Below, one piece after another: positions 21,261-30,694 of a DNA stretch of 64,000 nucleotides (position 1 is the stretch's first letter; each line of letters begins with the position of its first letter). The notes under the pieces were generated by a model that searched no databases, had not been told where the DNA came from, and saw only the letters and a program-made list of their open reading frames with translations. Both the position numbers and the translations under genes were made by a program. Source of the DNA: an uncultured Streptococcus sp. (GTDB lineage: Bacteria; Bacillota; Bacilli; Lactobacillales; Streptococcaceae); NCBI RefSeq assembly GCF_934196125.1, contig NZ_CAKPVT010000003.1, one strand, 5' to 3'.

Positions 21261-21884
21261 GTGTACAATCATTTCAGTAGCATGGTCAAAGGAGCTTCAT
21301 CCACGAAGATGGAGCATGTCGTGAAGATGATGCAGAATAGTGGTAGAAGTAATTATAAAAATATTATGACCCAAGCTAAGAATCTTCAAACTGCACAAGC
21401 GCTCCTAAATGAGAAAGCCAGTGGGGCTAATAATTTCAAATTTGGAAATAATTCAAAGAATCATTTGAAAAATGTAGAGGTGGTCAATACTAAAAGAGGG
21501 GTTGTTGGTGGTCATAATATGGATGATTTCAACAATGCACTTAAAAATCAAGGATTTAATCCAGAAGACTTGATTGTTTCAAAAAAACCACACCCAACTA
21601 TTGATGGCATTTATGAAGTTGAATACAAAATACCTAGAAAAGATATGGCTGGTAATGTTGCGGAACCAATATCTTATAAGAATATTGAAAAACCAAAAAC
21701 AGTTTATGCCCCAACAAAAATTAGTGACAATCAAATGTATGAATGGGGGCAGACTGCCATGAATAATGGGAAAATCCAACCAGACGGTCGAACAATTATT
21801 GGAACTTCTCCAAACGGTGTAAAATTTATAGGCTATTTAAATGACGCAGGAGAAGTAACTAATTTTTTCCCTGTATTAAATTAG
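21261..21884 (+). CDS. Orphan polymorphic-toxin C-terminal module 2 (same conserved 56-aa head, different 150-aa variable domain; possible nuclease-type fold)
   Basis: GTG where copy 1 has ATG, and no SD. The variable part (GGHNMDDF...KTVYAPT...NFFPVLN) is unrelated to module 1. Confidence 0.55.
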   Translation: MYNHFSSMVKGASSTKMEHVVKMMQNSGRSNYKNIMTQAKNLQTAQALLNEKASGANNFKFGNNSKNHLKNVEVVNTKRGVVGGHNMDDFNNALKNQGFNPEDLIVSKKPHPTIDGIYEVEYKIPRKDMAGNVAEPISYKNIEKPKTVYAPTKISDNQMYEWGQTAMNNGKIQPDGRTIIGTSPNGVKFIGYLNDAGEVTNFFPVLN

Positions 21885-21904
21885 AATGATTGGATTGTGA
21901 TACT

Positions 21905-22294
21905 ATGGAAAATGAATTTCAAATTTTAAATGATAAGAAAAGTATAGATCAATTAATGTTAACCTATTTTTCAATAGTAAGTGGAAAAGATTTAGAAAGA
22001 GCTTTATCTGCTTTTAAAGAAGAAAAAGGATATGGAATAGAAATAGTTTTTGTTTCTTTTAAAAATGATTTAGATGACTACGATATGATGCAGTTACCTA
22101 AAACATTAGATGATAATCATGTTTTAGTTGAATTAGGTTCTCCAGCTGTCGAAGTAGATCAAATAGCATATTTAGACTTTAAAACTTTTTATGATTATTT
22201 AGCTGAGAACGTAAAAAAAGAGATAGAAAAAAATTCAGAAGAAAGTGCATTAATAGAACTTTTAAAACAAGTTAAAATCAGTTTGGAGATATAG
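21905..22294 (+). CDS. Putative cognate immunity protein 2 (about 130 aa)
   Basis: Starts 6-20 bp after the module 2 stop (TTG 21890 or ATG 21905). Acidic, with no TM helices. Confidence 0.45.
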   Translation: MENEFQILNDKKSIDQLMLTYFSIVSGKDLERALSAFKEEKGYGIEIVFVSFKNDLDDYDMMQLPKTLDDNHVLVELGSPAVEVDQIAYLDFKTFYDYLAENVKKEIEKNSEESALIELLKQVKISLEI

Positions 22295-22316
22295 TTTTTA
22301 TAAAATAAAAATGGTA

Positions 22317-22430
22317 AGTGATAAAGCCTCGAATAGTAAGGTCTAAACTCACTAATCAAGTTTCTGATAGATACTAATATAAAAAAGTGTAACGTATTTA
22401 TTTAAGAATACATTACACTTTTTTTGTTTG
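22317..22430 (+). terminator. Partial third junction repeat (right arm only) followed by a strong rho-independent terminator (22381-22426)
   Basis: agtgataaagcc...aactcactaatcaag shared with copies 1 and 2, then GTGTAACGTATT...AATACATTACAC followed by TTTTTTT. Confidence 0.6.
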
Positions 22431-22561
22431 ATAATTAAAAAATATCCCAGTCTCTTTTCTGAAATTTAAGAACCAAATTACTAATCTCTTTTAGGTCATT
22501 TTGAGTTAAGTTGTGCAGACTTTGAATAATTTCATACTCCTCTTGAGAAGTTATAGTATAT

Positions 22562-22599
22562 GGGGTCACTGGAACATCCGTACAGAAAATAGCGGTAGG
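22562..22599 (+). repeat. Tn3-family 38-bp terminal inverted repeat (GGGGTCACTGGAAC...), outer end at 22562
   Basis: Starts GGGG and resembles the Tn3 IR. Lies 27 bp beyond the tnpA stop, as IRL does in Tn3-family elements. No matching second IR was found in the window. Confidence 0.4.
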
Positions 22600-22626
22600 A
22601 TTTAAAACACGAACATTTTAGATTTA

Positions 22627-24981
22627 TTATGAATTTAAAGGACGTAATTGACCATTTTTCAAGGAAGGATCGTATCGAAACGAATATTTACCAACAAAGT
22701 TAATATGCTCAAAGAGAAGTGGTGACAACTTATTGATTTTCTCTTCTGAACAATCAAATCCTTCAATACGCATTTGGTCAATTACTCTTTCTAAATAAAG
22801 TGTATTCCAATAAATGATGGCATTTGTCACAATGCTGAGAGCAGTCAATTGCTCTTCCATTCCGTCAATATAGGTTTGATAAAGTTTGCCCTTTTTTCCA
22901 TAAAATATGTGGCGACATAATGTATGTCTTGCTTCTCCTTTATTCAGCTGTTCTAAAATCTGTCTTGCGTAAATTTCATCAGAGATATAGCGTAATTGAT
23001 GCTTTGTTTTATATACTTTTCCATACTCAATAATGGCTTTTCCTAGCTCTGTTGGTTGGCCATTGCGTTGAAGTGCTTTTGTTAATTCTATCGCATTCAC
23101 TTTTCCTGATTTCAAGGAACCTGCTACTCGAAGTATTTCACTCCAGTTTTTTTCTATTCGAGCAATGTTGATTTTATTTTGAGAAACTTCATTTAACATT
23201 TTATAGTCTGCAGTTAAGTCTATTCGCCAAAGTTTTGTTCCATGGTTGTTAGCAATTCGTGGGCTAAATTGGAACCCTAACAAGCCAAAAAGTCCAAATA
23301 CTAAGTCACTATATCCGGCTGTATCTGGCATGATTTGTTTCGGTTCTAAGCCACTTGTTTGATTTAAAAAACCATCCAATAAGTACAAAGAATCACGCAA
23401 TGTTCCTGGAACAACCATTCCATGAAAGCCTATATATTGATCAGAAACAAAGTTGTAAAATGTGATTCTACGACCACGGCCAAAATATTTTGGATTGCTT
23501 CTAGAATATAAGGAACGTTGTGGTGTGGTATAACGAATGCCATCGGCTGAAGCCATCTGATTCGTTCCCCATACACGAGAAGTAGGTAGTTCTTTGTATG
23601 CAGAAATAATTTTTTTATTTGTTGCTGACAGTGTATCCAATCGAACATATTGGTGATTGACGTACATTAGCCGATCATATTTTAAACTCTCGATTCCTTC
23701 TTTAGATACTGGAGAAAAAACAATATTACAGGCTTCTGCTAAAAGTACTGCTAGAACACTAATATCTAGGTGATCCATACGCGTATTCGATTCATTAATA
23801 TGGTGGAAACAGGAGGTTAAATCAAGTTGTTGATTTACCTCCAATAATAAATCTGGAAGATCAATTTTGGGCATTAATGCTTTTACGCGATTTTTGAACT
23901 GCTTATCTTCCTTATGTTCACGTGTTTTTCGGAGTTTAGACACGATAATTTTATCTTTGTTCTCCTGTTTTTCAATTCTAGCCATTTCAGAATGAGGCCA
24001 TTTTTTTATTGTTTCGTTATAAGACAGACTTAAAACTTCTTCTAATTGTTTTATTGCTTCAGTAGAAGATCTAGGTAATTCCAATTGAGAGAGTAAACTT
24101 TCTTTTTGCTGTTCCCACGTATCTTCACTGATTAAACAACTCATTGGATCAATGAATCTTTCACTTTTAGGTACAAATATATCATGTTTATTCAAGCTTT
24201 GGATTAGTAACTCAACACCTAGAATAAGCATACTTTGATTGACTTCATTAGGGTTAGAGTGAATATAATAAGCCCATTTCTTTGGTATATGATTTTCAAC
24301 AGATTCAAATTGTCTAAAGGTAATTGGCTTTGGAAATCTACGTCGAATTAAGTACCACACTGCCATACAATCTTCACCATAGTGGCCATTTTCTATTGTT
24401 AATGTTTCAATAATCAAAGGAATAAACTTTCGAATTTTACGATAAGATTGAATTAATTCTGCGATTGCAATAGGTTCTTGTTCATTTTTAACAAGTTTCT
24501 TTACTTGAAACACCGCATTTACAATATCCTCTGCTGGATATTGGTCAAACACTCGGCTTCGCAGACAATCATTTTCAATAGAATCGTCTAAAAATAGTTC
24601 AACTATTTCAGATAGAGTAAATGCTGCACGATCCAAATCTTTTAACGTTCGTAGTCGCTCTTTTGATTCTTTATTTTTTGCTCGTCTAAAAATTGACTCA
24701 TAATATTTTATTAAAGCTGTAAGTAATTCGTCTGTAGCAATCTTTTCATACTCATACACAAAAGCAACTAAAAGGGCTAATTTTTTCTGAATACTCATTC
24801 TTTGAATAAGGCTTGATTTGGCTTTAAAAGCGTAGGCAGCTAAATGTTTTATTTTCCCTTCAGGGATAGTTGAGAAATCCCATTTACTCGTATGAAACTG
24901 CTGGAATTCCTTTAATCGATGAAAACCACGAATGATTTCTTTCCTACTTTCATCAATTAAAGGAGCTCGTAAAATATCCAT
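22627..24981 (-). mobile_element. tnpA: Tn3-family transposase TnpA (784 aa), probably 5'-truncated; one-ended transposon remnant
   Basis: C-terminal Tn3 DDE-domain motifs (LTKALQRNG...WNTLY...GKYSFR). About 200 aa shorter than typical TnpA. No resolvase or res site, and no RBS context upstream. Confidence 0.75.
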
Positions 24982-25068
24982 TTTAGTGAATGCCCCTTGA
25001 ACAGGTGTACTCTAATGTGTTTAACGATGGATATTTAGGTTTATTCAAGTTAATGCTAAAATTGATCC

Positions 25069-25926
25069 TCAATCGTCATCGTCACCTAAAAGATTCAGAA
25101 TATCCAAAAATAAATTAATAAAGTCTAAGTAAATATCTATTGAGCTAGACATAGCTAACAGCCACCATGACTTTCCAGAATCAGGAACACCATCACGCAA
25201 CTTGTCTAAGAAACGTATTTTGATCATTTGATTATCATATGCACTATACAGTGTAAAGATAATAATGTCCGCAACTAAAATTACTATGTTCAGGAGACTA
25301 TTAGTATAATAGTGCTGAAAGAACCCGAATGCAATTAATGCCAATAATCCACCAAATAATGGTGTTCCCCATCCGGTTAAATTGTTTCTTGTTAGCATCC
25401 CAAACAATGCGCTACCCAAATAAATAATGATCGTCAGCACCAAAGCCTCAAAAATTAGGTTTCTGTCGTAAAAAATGGGTACAAGTCCCATCACTATCCC
25501 GACTGCTGTCGTGACCCCAATAGTAGCTGCCATGCCTAGTAGTAAAGAATCGGTCCCTTGTGCAAAAATCAATAAAATGAATAAGACAAAACAAAGTGCA
25601 AGAAATACTAGACCATGAGCAGAAAGAAGAATATTCAATAATTTCAAAAGCAACTCTGGATGCAAATACATATACAGTGACACCATTCCGGTATAGAATA
25701 ATTGGATCACAAAAATTAAATATACTTGAAGAACATGCCTCTGCAAAAATGAAACTTCATTTTCATCTGGTGCAAACTTGCTTGCTTTTTGCACTAAGCG
25801 AAATTTACCAACATAATTTCCATCCGCACTCCCCACACTGGCAACTTCTTTTGTCAAAGTACGCAGACTTTCTGAATAGGAACCAGCGGATGGTGCTGAA
25901 CGTTTTTGTATTTTACTTTTATGCAA
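25069..25926 (-). CDS. Bax-inhibitor-1/YccA-family-like polytopic membrane protein with an N-terminal soluble extension
   Basis: 285 aa with about 7 TM helices and an acidic C-terminal tail (GDDDD). Family assignment by eye only. Confidence 0.4.
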   Translation of the reverse strand: MHKSKIQKRSAPSAGSYSESLRTLTKEVASVGSADGNYVGKFRLVQKASKFAPDENEVSFLQRHVLQVYLIFVIQLFYTGMVSLYMYLHPELLLKLLNILLSAHGLVFLALCFVLFILLIFAQGTDSLLLGMAATIGVTTAVGIVMGLVPIFYDRNLIFEALVLTIIIYLGSALFGMLTRNNLTGWGTPLFGGLLALIAFGFFQHYYTNSLLNIVILVADIIIFTLYSAYDNQMIKIRFLDKLRDGVPDSGKSWWLLAMSSSIDIYLDFINLFLDILNLLGDDDD

Positions 25927-26159
25927 TTGGCTCCTCCCTTCTAACTAATCCCTTTTTCATCCATACCTGTCCAGCTAAAAGAATTTTTCTACGAACGCTT
26001 TTACGACCCCTTCAAATTCTTTCTCAGTCAATGTTTTGTAGTAGCCACCCTTATCTCTGCATGCTAAGTGTAAAATAAATTGCGGTAAGCACTGGAAAAA
26101 ACAAAAGAAGACCATTACTCTAGATGTTAGGTTTAGCCGCCAATAACAAATCTCCATGG

Positions 26160-26530
26160 AAAACATTATAACTGAATTAATAGATATTTTAAAGAGTCAT
26201 TCAACAGTTCTCGCAAAAAGAAAAAGCAGCCGTGGTTTTCTTGATGAGCGTAATCAAGAAAATTGTCGCTCAAGCACTTGAACAGGTAGATGATTCTTTG
26301 ATTGAAGAACAAAAAGAAAAAGGTTCCCAGATCGAGAAAAAAACATTCGGACGGTTGTTACAATGATTGGCGAAATCCGCTTTAAACGACGATGCTATAT
26401 TACGCCCAACGGTTCAGCAGTCTCCCCCCTCGATGAATTTATGGGATGGACAAAATACAATCGTTACAGTACTTTAGTCGTCAGAAATCTCAGTGAGCTT
26501 GCGACGAAGCTGTCCTATTGTTGTTCTTAC
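26160..26530 (+). pseudogene. Degenerate transposase gene remnant (IS family uncertain, ISL3/UPF0236-like MIGEIRFKRR motif), with multiple stops and frameshifts
   Basis: Translation breaks three or more times. No intact ORF longer than 60 aa. Confidence 0.45.
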
Positions 26531-26612
26531 TGAGTGTTACCATTAAGGCAACCAATGCAACTAGCAATGTTCCAAACTGGAACATCAAACCAATTGCTTC
26601 AGCAACAGACAA
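26490..26612 (-). CDS. Small hydrophobic holin-like toxin peptide (Hol-Tox-like, 40 aa, TTG start)
   Basis: (L)SVAEAIGLMFQFGTLLVALVALMVTLSKNNNRTASSQAH: a single TM helix with a basic tail. SD gaaggga 10 nt upstream. Confidence 0.35.
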   Translation of the reverse strand: MSVAEAIGLMFQFGTLLVALVALMVTLSKNNNRTASSQAH

Positions 26613-26949
26613 AAATGCTATTCCCTTCTACGAAGTAGGAAAATGCTCATAAGCATCACCCCCTGAATAGCCAACCGCCATAAACTTACTACGTCAATTA
26701 GTATATCATAATTATAGGCCTAATTATTTTGCTGCTTTATCGGGATTTCTAATGGTGAAGGAAGATACAACTAGCTGTTTTTTACTGTTGAAATGACCCT
26801 CAACAGAAATATTGTACTTTCCATCTTGTAGCATTAACAGTAATGTCGTTAATTCAGGATTCACTACAATGCAATTATAAGATCGATGAATCGTTGTTAA
26901 CGCAAACCAGGAGTTCAAATTTTCTGATTATGCAGTCAACATCTAACAC

Positions 26950-27477
26950 TTATTCTTTTCTAACCTTATCTTCAATAAAACTATTCATTTTTGAAATTAA
27001 TTGATCATCGGTACACGACTTTGCACTTTGAAGAGTGATATTAATTTCGCCAAACCCCATTTTTACATTTGCAGCTATTGTTTTTCTCTGTAAAGAAGAT
27101 AGACCAGACAAAACTTGTTCCGGTTCTTTGAGATATACTGAAACAAACGATTGATTGACTATGCTTTTATTTTCAATTTTATCTATCTCTTCCCACAAGA
27201 TTAGTTGCTCTTTTGTCGAAAGAGCACTACTATAATCATAGAATCCTACATCATTTAAAACAACTAATTTCTTCCCTACAAAGACTTGTTTCACTATGTA
27301 TAGCTCACAAGCTCCGAAAAATAAGAAACCCATTATACCTATCACCATAGATAGATACATAGTCTCAACTATTCCTACAATTAATATAAAAAAACTTGCA
27401 AGTACCATAAGCATACCTAGAAATGACAGTCCAATTTGCTTACTCTTACTTTGATATACTACAAACTCTTTCTCCAT
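26950..27477 (-). CDS. Hypothetical membrane-anchored protein (2 N-terminal TM helices plus a soluble domain)
   Basis: 175 aa. RBS aggtga upstream of MEKEF. Unknown family. Confidence 0.45.
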   Translation of the reverse strand: MEKEFVVYQSKSKQIGLSFLGMLMVLASFFILIVGIVETMYLSMVIGIMGFLFFGACELYIVKQVFVGKKLVVLNDVGFYDYSSALSTKEQLILWEEIDKIENKSIVNQSFVSVYLKEPEQVLSGLSSLQRKTIAANVKMGFGEINITLQSAKSCTDDQLISKMNSFIEDKVRKE

Positions 27478-27992
27478 TTTTTCACCTCAATATATTATTC
27501 AAATATAGAAAATAGTATACCAAAAAAGCCATCAATTGAATAGACTTTTCTGTGTTGCCAATTATATTCTTAGCTGATAAAATCTTTACAAGATGTATTC
27601 TTTGGGGCTGCTGCGGAAACAGTAGGCTCTTTTTTGTGGTCAATTTGATGATTTTACTACATACAATTTGCTTACCCAAAACTTCACCTAATTGTTGTTA
27701 CAATGACTGGCCGCTGTCGTTCACGGATTTTCTCGCGCTCGTTTTATGCAATATAACTTAACAGTGATAAAAACATATCGAACATAGCAGTATCTAGAGT
27801 TTATTTCTCCTAGTAAAGAAGCTATTAGGTCTACTTTATAGATAAAACTGTACGTTCTATTTTTTTATCCAGGTCAACGATTCTTCCTCTGAAAAATTTT
27901 GTTCAAACTCTTCTTTTGTTGTGATATGTTGTGATATAACATAGTTGTAACACCTCAACCTAATAAGAAATAATCTTAGGAGGAAACGAGGT

Positions 27993-28247
27993 ATGTCGCA
28001 AATGAGTAAACACTATGAACCAGAATTCAAAAAGAAGATTGTACGTCTTCATCTTGAAGAGGGACGAACCCTAAAAGGCCTTGCTGCTGAATATGGCGTA
28101 TCCAAGGCAAGTATATCTATTTGGGTAAAACAGTTCCGTGAAGAATGCCAAACAAATGAAGAAGCCAAAGTAGAGTATGATTACATGAAGGAGAATTTGC
28201 AGTTAAAAAAACAACTAGCAGAACTCCAGAAGGAAATTGACTTTTAA
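27993..28247 (+). CDS. IS3-family transposase OrfA (HTH)
   Basis: 84 aa, MSQMSKHYEPEFKKKIVRLHLEEGRTLKGLAAEYGVS...; RBS ggagg. Confidence 0.85.
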   Translation: MSQMSKHYEPEFKKKIVRLHLEEGRTLKGLAAEYGVSKASISIWVKQFREECQTNEEAKVEYDYMKENLQLKKQLAELQKEIDF

Positions 28248-28269
28248 AAAAAGCAGCGGCATTCTTTGC

Positions 28270-29153
28270 GAAGGAAATCGATTAGCGGCTTATCGATTTA
28301 TTCAGCAGTATGGGCGCAAATACGGTGTCCGTTGGTTATTGAAAAGACTGAACATCTTACCAAATGCTTATTATAATTTAATTTCTTGAAAAACAGGAAA
28401 TCTGAATATAATAAGCACAAGGTCAAAATCAAGCATGAAATTGTGGATATCTATCACGCTCACAACGGCACTGATGGTTACAGAACTGTGCATGCTTATC
28501 TTCTTCGCAAGGGATACAGCATCAGTTGTGTAACTGTCCATAAGTACATGAATACAGAGCTTCAGTTATTTTCAATTACAAGGAAACGCAAGCCAGACTA
28601 TGAATATGGGGCTCCTCACAAAGTGTTTGAAAATAAGCTCCATCAGGATTTTAAGGCAGAATCCATAAACCAGAAATGGTGCACTGATTTTACCTATTTA
28701 TTCTTAACGGATGGTAGCAAACGTTATAACTGTACAATCATTGATCTGCATGATAGAAGTGTTATTGCCAGCATTACCGATAAGCACATAACAGCGGATC
28801 TTGCAAAGAAAACACTGCAGAAGGCAATTGATTCATAACCGGAATTAGATACTAACCATTTAATTTTACACTCGGATCAAGGAAGTCAGTTTACCTCAAA
28901 GGAATTCACGGAATACTGTGAGTCAGTTGGTATCACGCAAAGCATGAGCAAAGCTGGATATCCGTATGATAATGCTCCTATGGAACGTTATTACAATACT
29001 CTCAAGAATGAACTGATTAATCATCATTACTATCATTCTGAGAAAGAATTATATACATCCATTGAAGAATTTGCGTATGTTCATTACAATCACGAACGAC
29101 CGCATTCTTATAACAATTATAAAACACCTTTTGAGGCACGTTACGGGGCATGA
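28270..29153 (+). pseudogene. IS3-family transposase OrfB (integrase core), disrupted
   Basis: The OrfB N-terminus (AAYRFIQQYGRKYGVRWLLKRL) is in one frame and the DDE core (WCTDFTY...HSDQGSQFTS...ERPH) in two others, interrupted by a frameshift and a TAA. Confidence 0.8.
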
Positions 29154-29189
29154 ACCCTATAGCAATAAAAATTAGGTCAAAGTGTTACA

Positions 29190-29624
29190 AAAAAGTGGAT
29201 AGATGTCAATAAAATAGACACAAAAAGAGAAGATACTTAAAGACATTCAAAGTACAGAGCCTCCTTTTCATTTGGTGTAAGCATATCTAAGGTGCCATGA
29301 GGACGTTTGGTGTTATAGAATCCTTCAATGTAAGCGAAACAAGCTAACCGTACTTCTTCGATTGAATGAAATGAACGGCGGTTTAATTCTTCTTTTTTCA
29401 TATATTTTAAAAAAGCTTCGGTGACAGCGTTATCCCACGGATAACCTGGTTTAGAAAGAGAATGGACAATCGGATGATGCTCTATAAACTTTCTAAATTC
29501 TAAAGAGGTATATTGAGAACCTTGATCTGTATGAAAAAGAACAGGACTCATTAAATTTCGAGAATGAAGTGCTTTATCTAATGTTTTAATAGCTAGGTTT
29601 GTATCAATTAGTGGAAGGATCTTG
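29190..29624 (-). pseudogene. 3' fragment of a second IS3-family transposase OrfB (IS3/IS861 group), 5'-truncated, abutting the first IS
   Basis: ...LIDTNLAIKTL...FHTDQGSQYTS...YPWDNAVTE...KRPH. The element end TGTACTTTGAATG... lies directly against the right IR of the first IS. Confidence 0.7.
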
Positions 29625-30041
29625 GATCGTTTGGGAGCTAAAAAGCCAATTATCTTTGGGGGAAGCATGCTTGTCTTTGCTCTTTGTCTTTATAGTATTT
29701 TTGGCTTGCATTTATCAAATGCTTGGTTGACAATTTTCTACATCTTATCAATGGGTGGAACTGGAATTGCTTTTGGTAATGTCATGACAAGTGGTCAAAA
29801 ACAAGTAGCACTTAAGGAGCGTGCAGATGCTAACGTAATTTTTAATACACTACAACAATTTGCTGGTGCTGTTGGAACAACAATCGCTTCACTGGTTGTA
29901 GCCTTAAGCCAAACAAACAGCAGCCTTAGTTACTCTGCAGCAACAGCCCAAGGTTCACGCAACGCTTTTATCGTCTTGCTCATTCTAGCAGCTGTCGAAC
30001 TTGTTATCTTACTACGAGTTGTTGACGGAAAAGAAAAATAA
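29622..30041 (+). pseudogene. C-terminal fragment (about 4 TM helices) of an MFS transporter truncated by IS insertion
   Basis: LGAKKPIIFGGSMLVFALCLY... has MFS C-terminal topology. No start codon or RBS. The N-terminal portion is replaced by IS3 fragments. Confidence 0.55.
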
Positions 30042-30165
30042 GTTTATAGAGAGTGGCTTGCTGCTCTTTTTTCATTAAATTTCCTTATGTGGGAATGGTT
30101 TTCAATTCGCCATATTTTGGCAAATATGTTAAAATAAATAGTAAAATATATTTTTTGGAGAAGAA

Positions 30166-30694
30166 TTTGAGTATAGACGATTATAGGCCGACCTTCGTGG
30201 TTGAGGCAGTTTATGATTTAAGAGCAGATGATTTATTACGACGAGGGATTCATGCCGTGTTAGTGGATTTAGATAATACCTTAATCGCATGGAATAATCC
30301 TGATGGAACGCCTGAAGTACGTGCATGGTTAGATGAGATGACTATGGCGGATATTTCAGTTGTTGTCGTATCAAATAACAAGCATTCTCGTGTGAATCGT
30401 GCGGTTTCGCGATTTGGTGTGGACTTTGTTAGCCGTGCGATGAAACCTTTCACACGCGGTATCAGTATGGCAATCAAACGTTATGGTTTTGATCGTGATG
30501 AGGTTATCATGGTTGGTGACCAGTTGATGACGGACATTCGTGCGGCACACCGTGCTGATATTCAGTCCGTTTTGGTCAAGCCATTAATGACTTCTGATGC
30601 TTGGAATACAAAGATTAATCGTTGGCGCGAACGCCGTGTTTGGGCTAAACTTGAAGAAAAATACGGAAAAATTCAATATCAAAAAGGAATTTAA
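30166..30694 (+). CDS. yqeG: YqeG-family HAD-IIIA phosphatase
   Basis: HAD motifs VLVDLDNTL...VSNN...GDQLMTD. TTG start with SD ggag (the listed ORF begins upstream at 30053). First gene of the conserved yqeG-yqeH-yhbY-nadD-yqeK-rsfS cluster. Confidence 0.8.

Larger units (their letters stand above)
27946..29189 (+). mobile_element. IS3-family (IS150-like) insertion sequence, 1244 bp, with imperfect terminal IRs TGTAACAC(C/T)T...; orfB is decayed
   Basis: Left end TGTAACACCTCAACCTAAT (27946). Right end, reverse-complemented, is TGTAACACTTTGACCTAAT (29189). orfA is intact. orfB carries an extra frameshift near 28385 and a TAA nonsense codon at 28836-28838. Confidence 0.75.

Noticed and set aside
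26724-26918. 64-aa minus-strand ORF
   Set aside because: No RBS and no recognisable family, sitting between IS debris. It may be a fragment, but there is not enough evidence to annotate it.
26354-27716. 20-bp repeat (g)TTGTTACAATGA(T/C)TGGC at 26354 and 27697 as IS terminal repeats
   Set aside because: The first copy lies inside the transposase-like coding remnant, not at an element end, and the match is too short to define an IS.
29237-29668. N-terminal 15 residues (MLPPKIIGFLAPKRSK) of the minus-strand IS3 OrfB ORF
   Set aside because: These codons are the antisense of the MFS transporter remnant. The transposase similarity starts at ...ILPLIDTNL, so the ORF start is fortuitous.
30053-30165. 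Upstream extension of yqeG (MACCSFFIKFPYVGMVFNS...)
   Set aside because: No similarity to YqeG N-termini. The TTG at 30166 with SD ggag gives the usual 176-aa protein.
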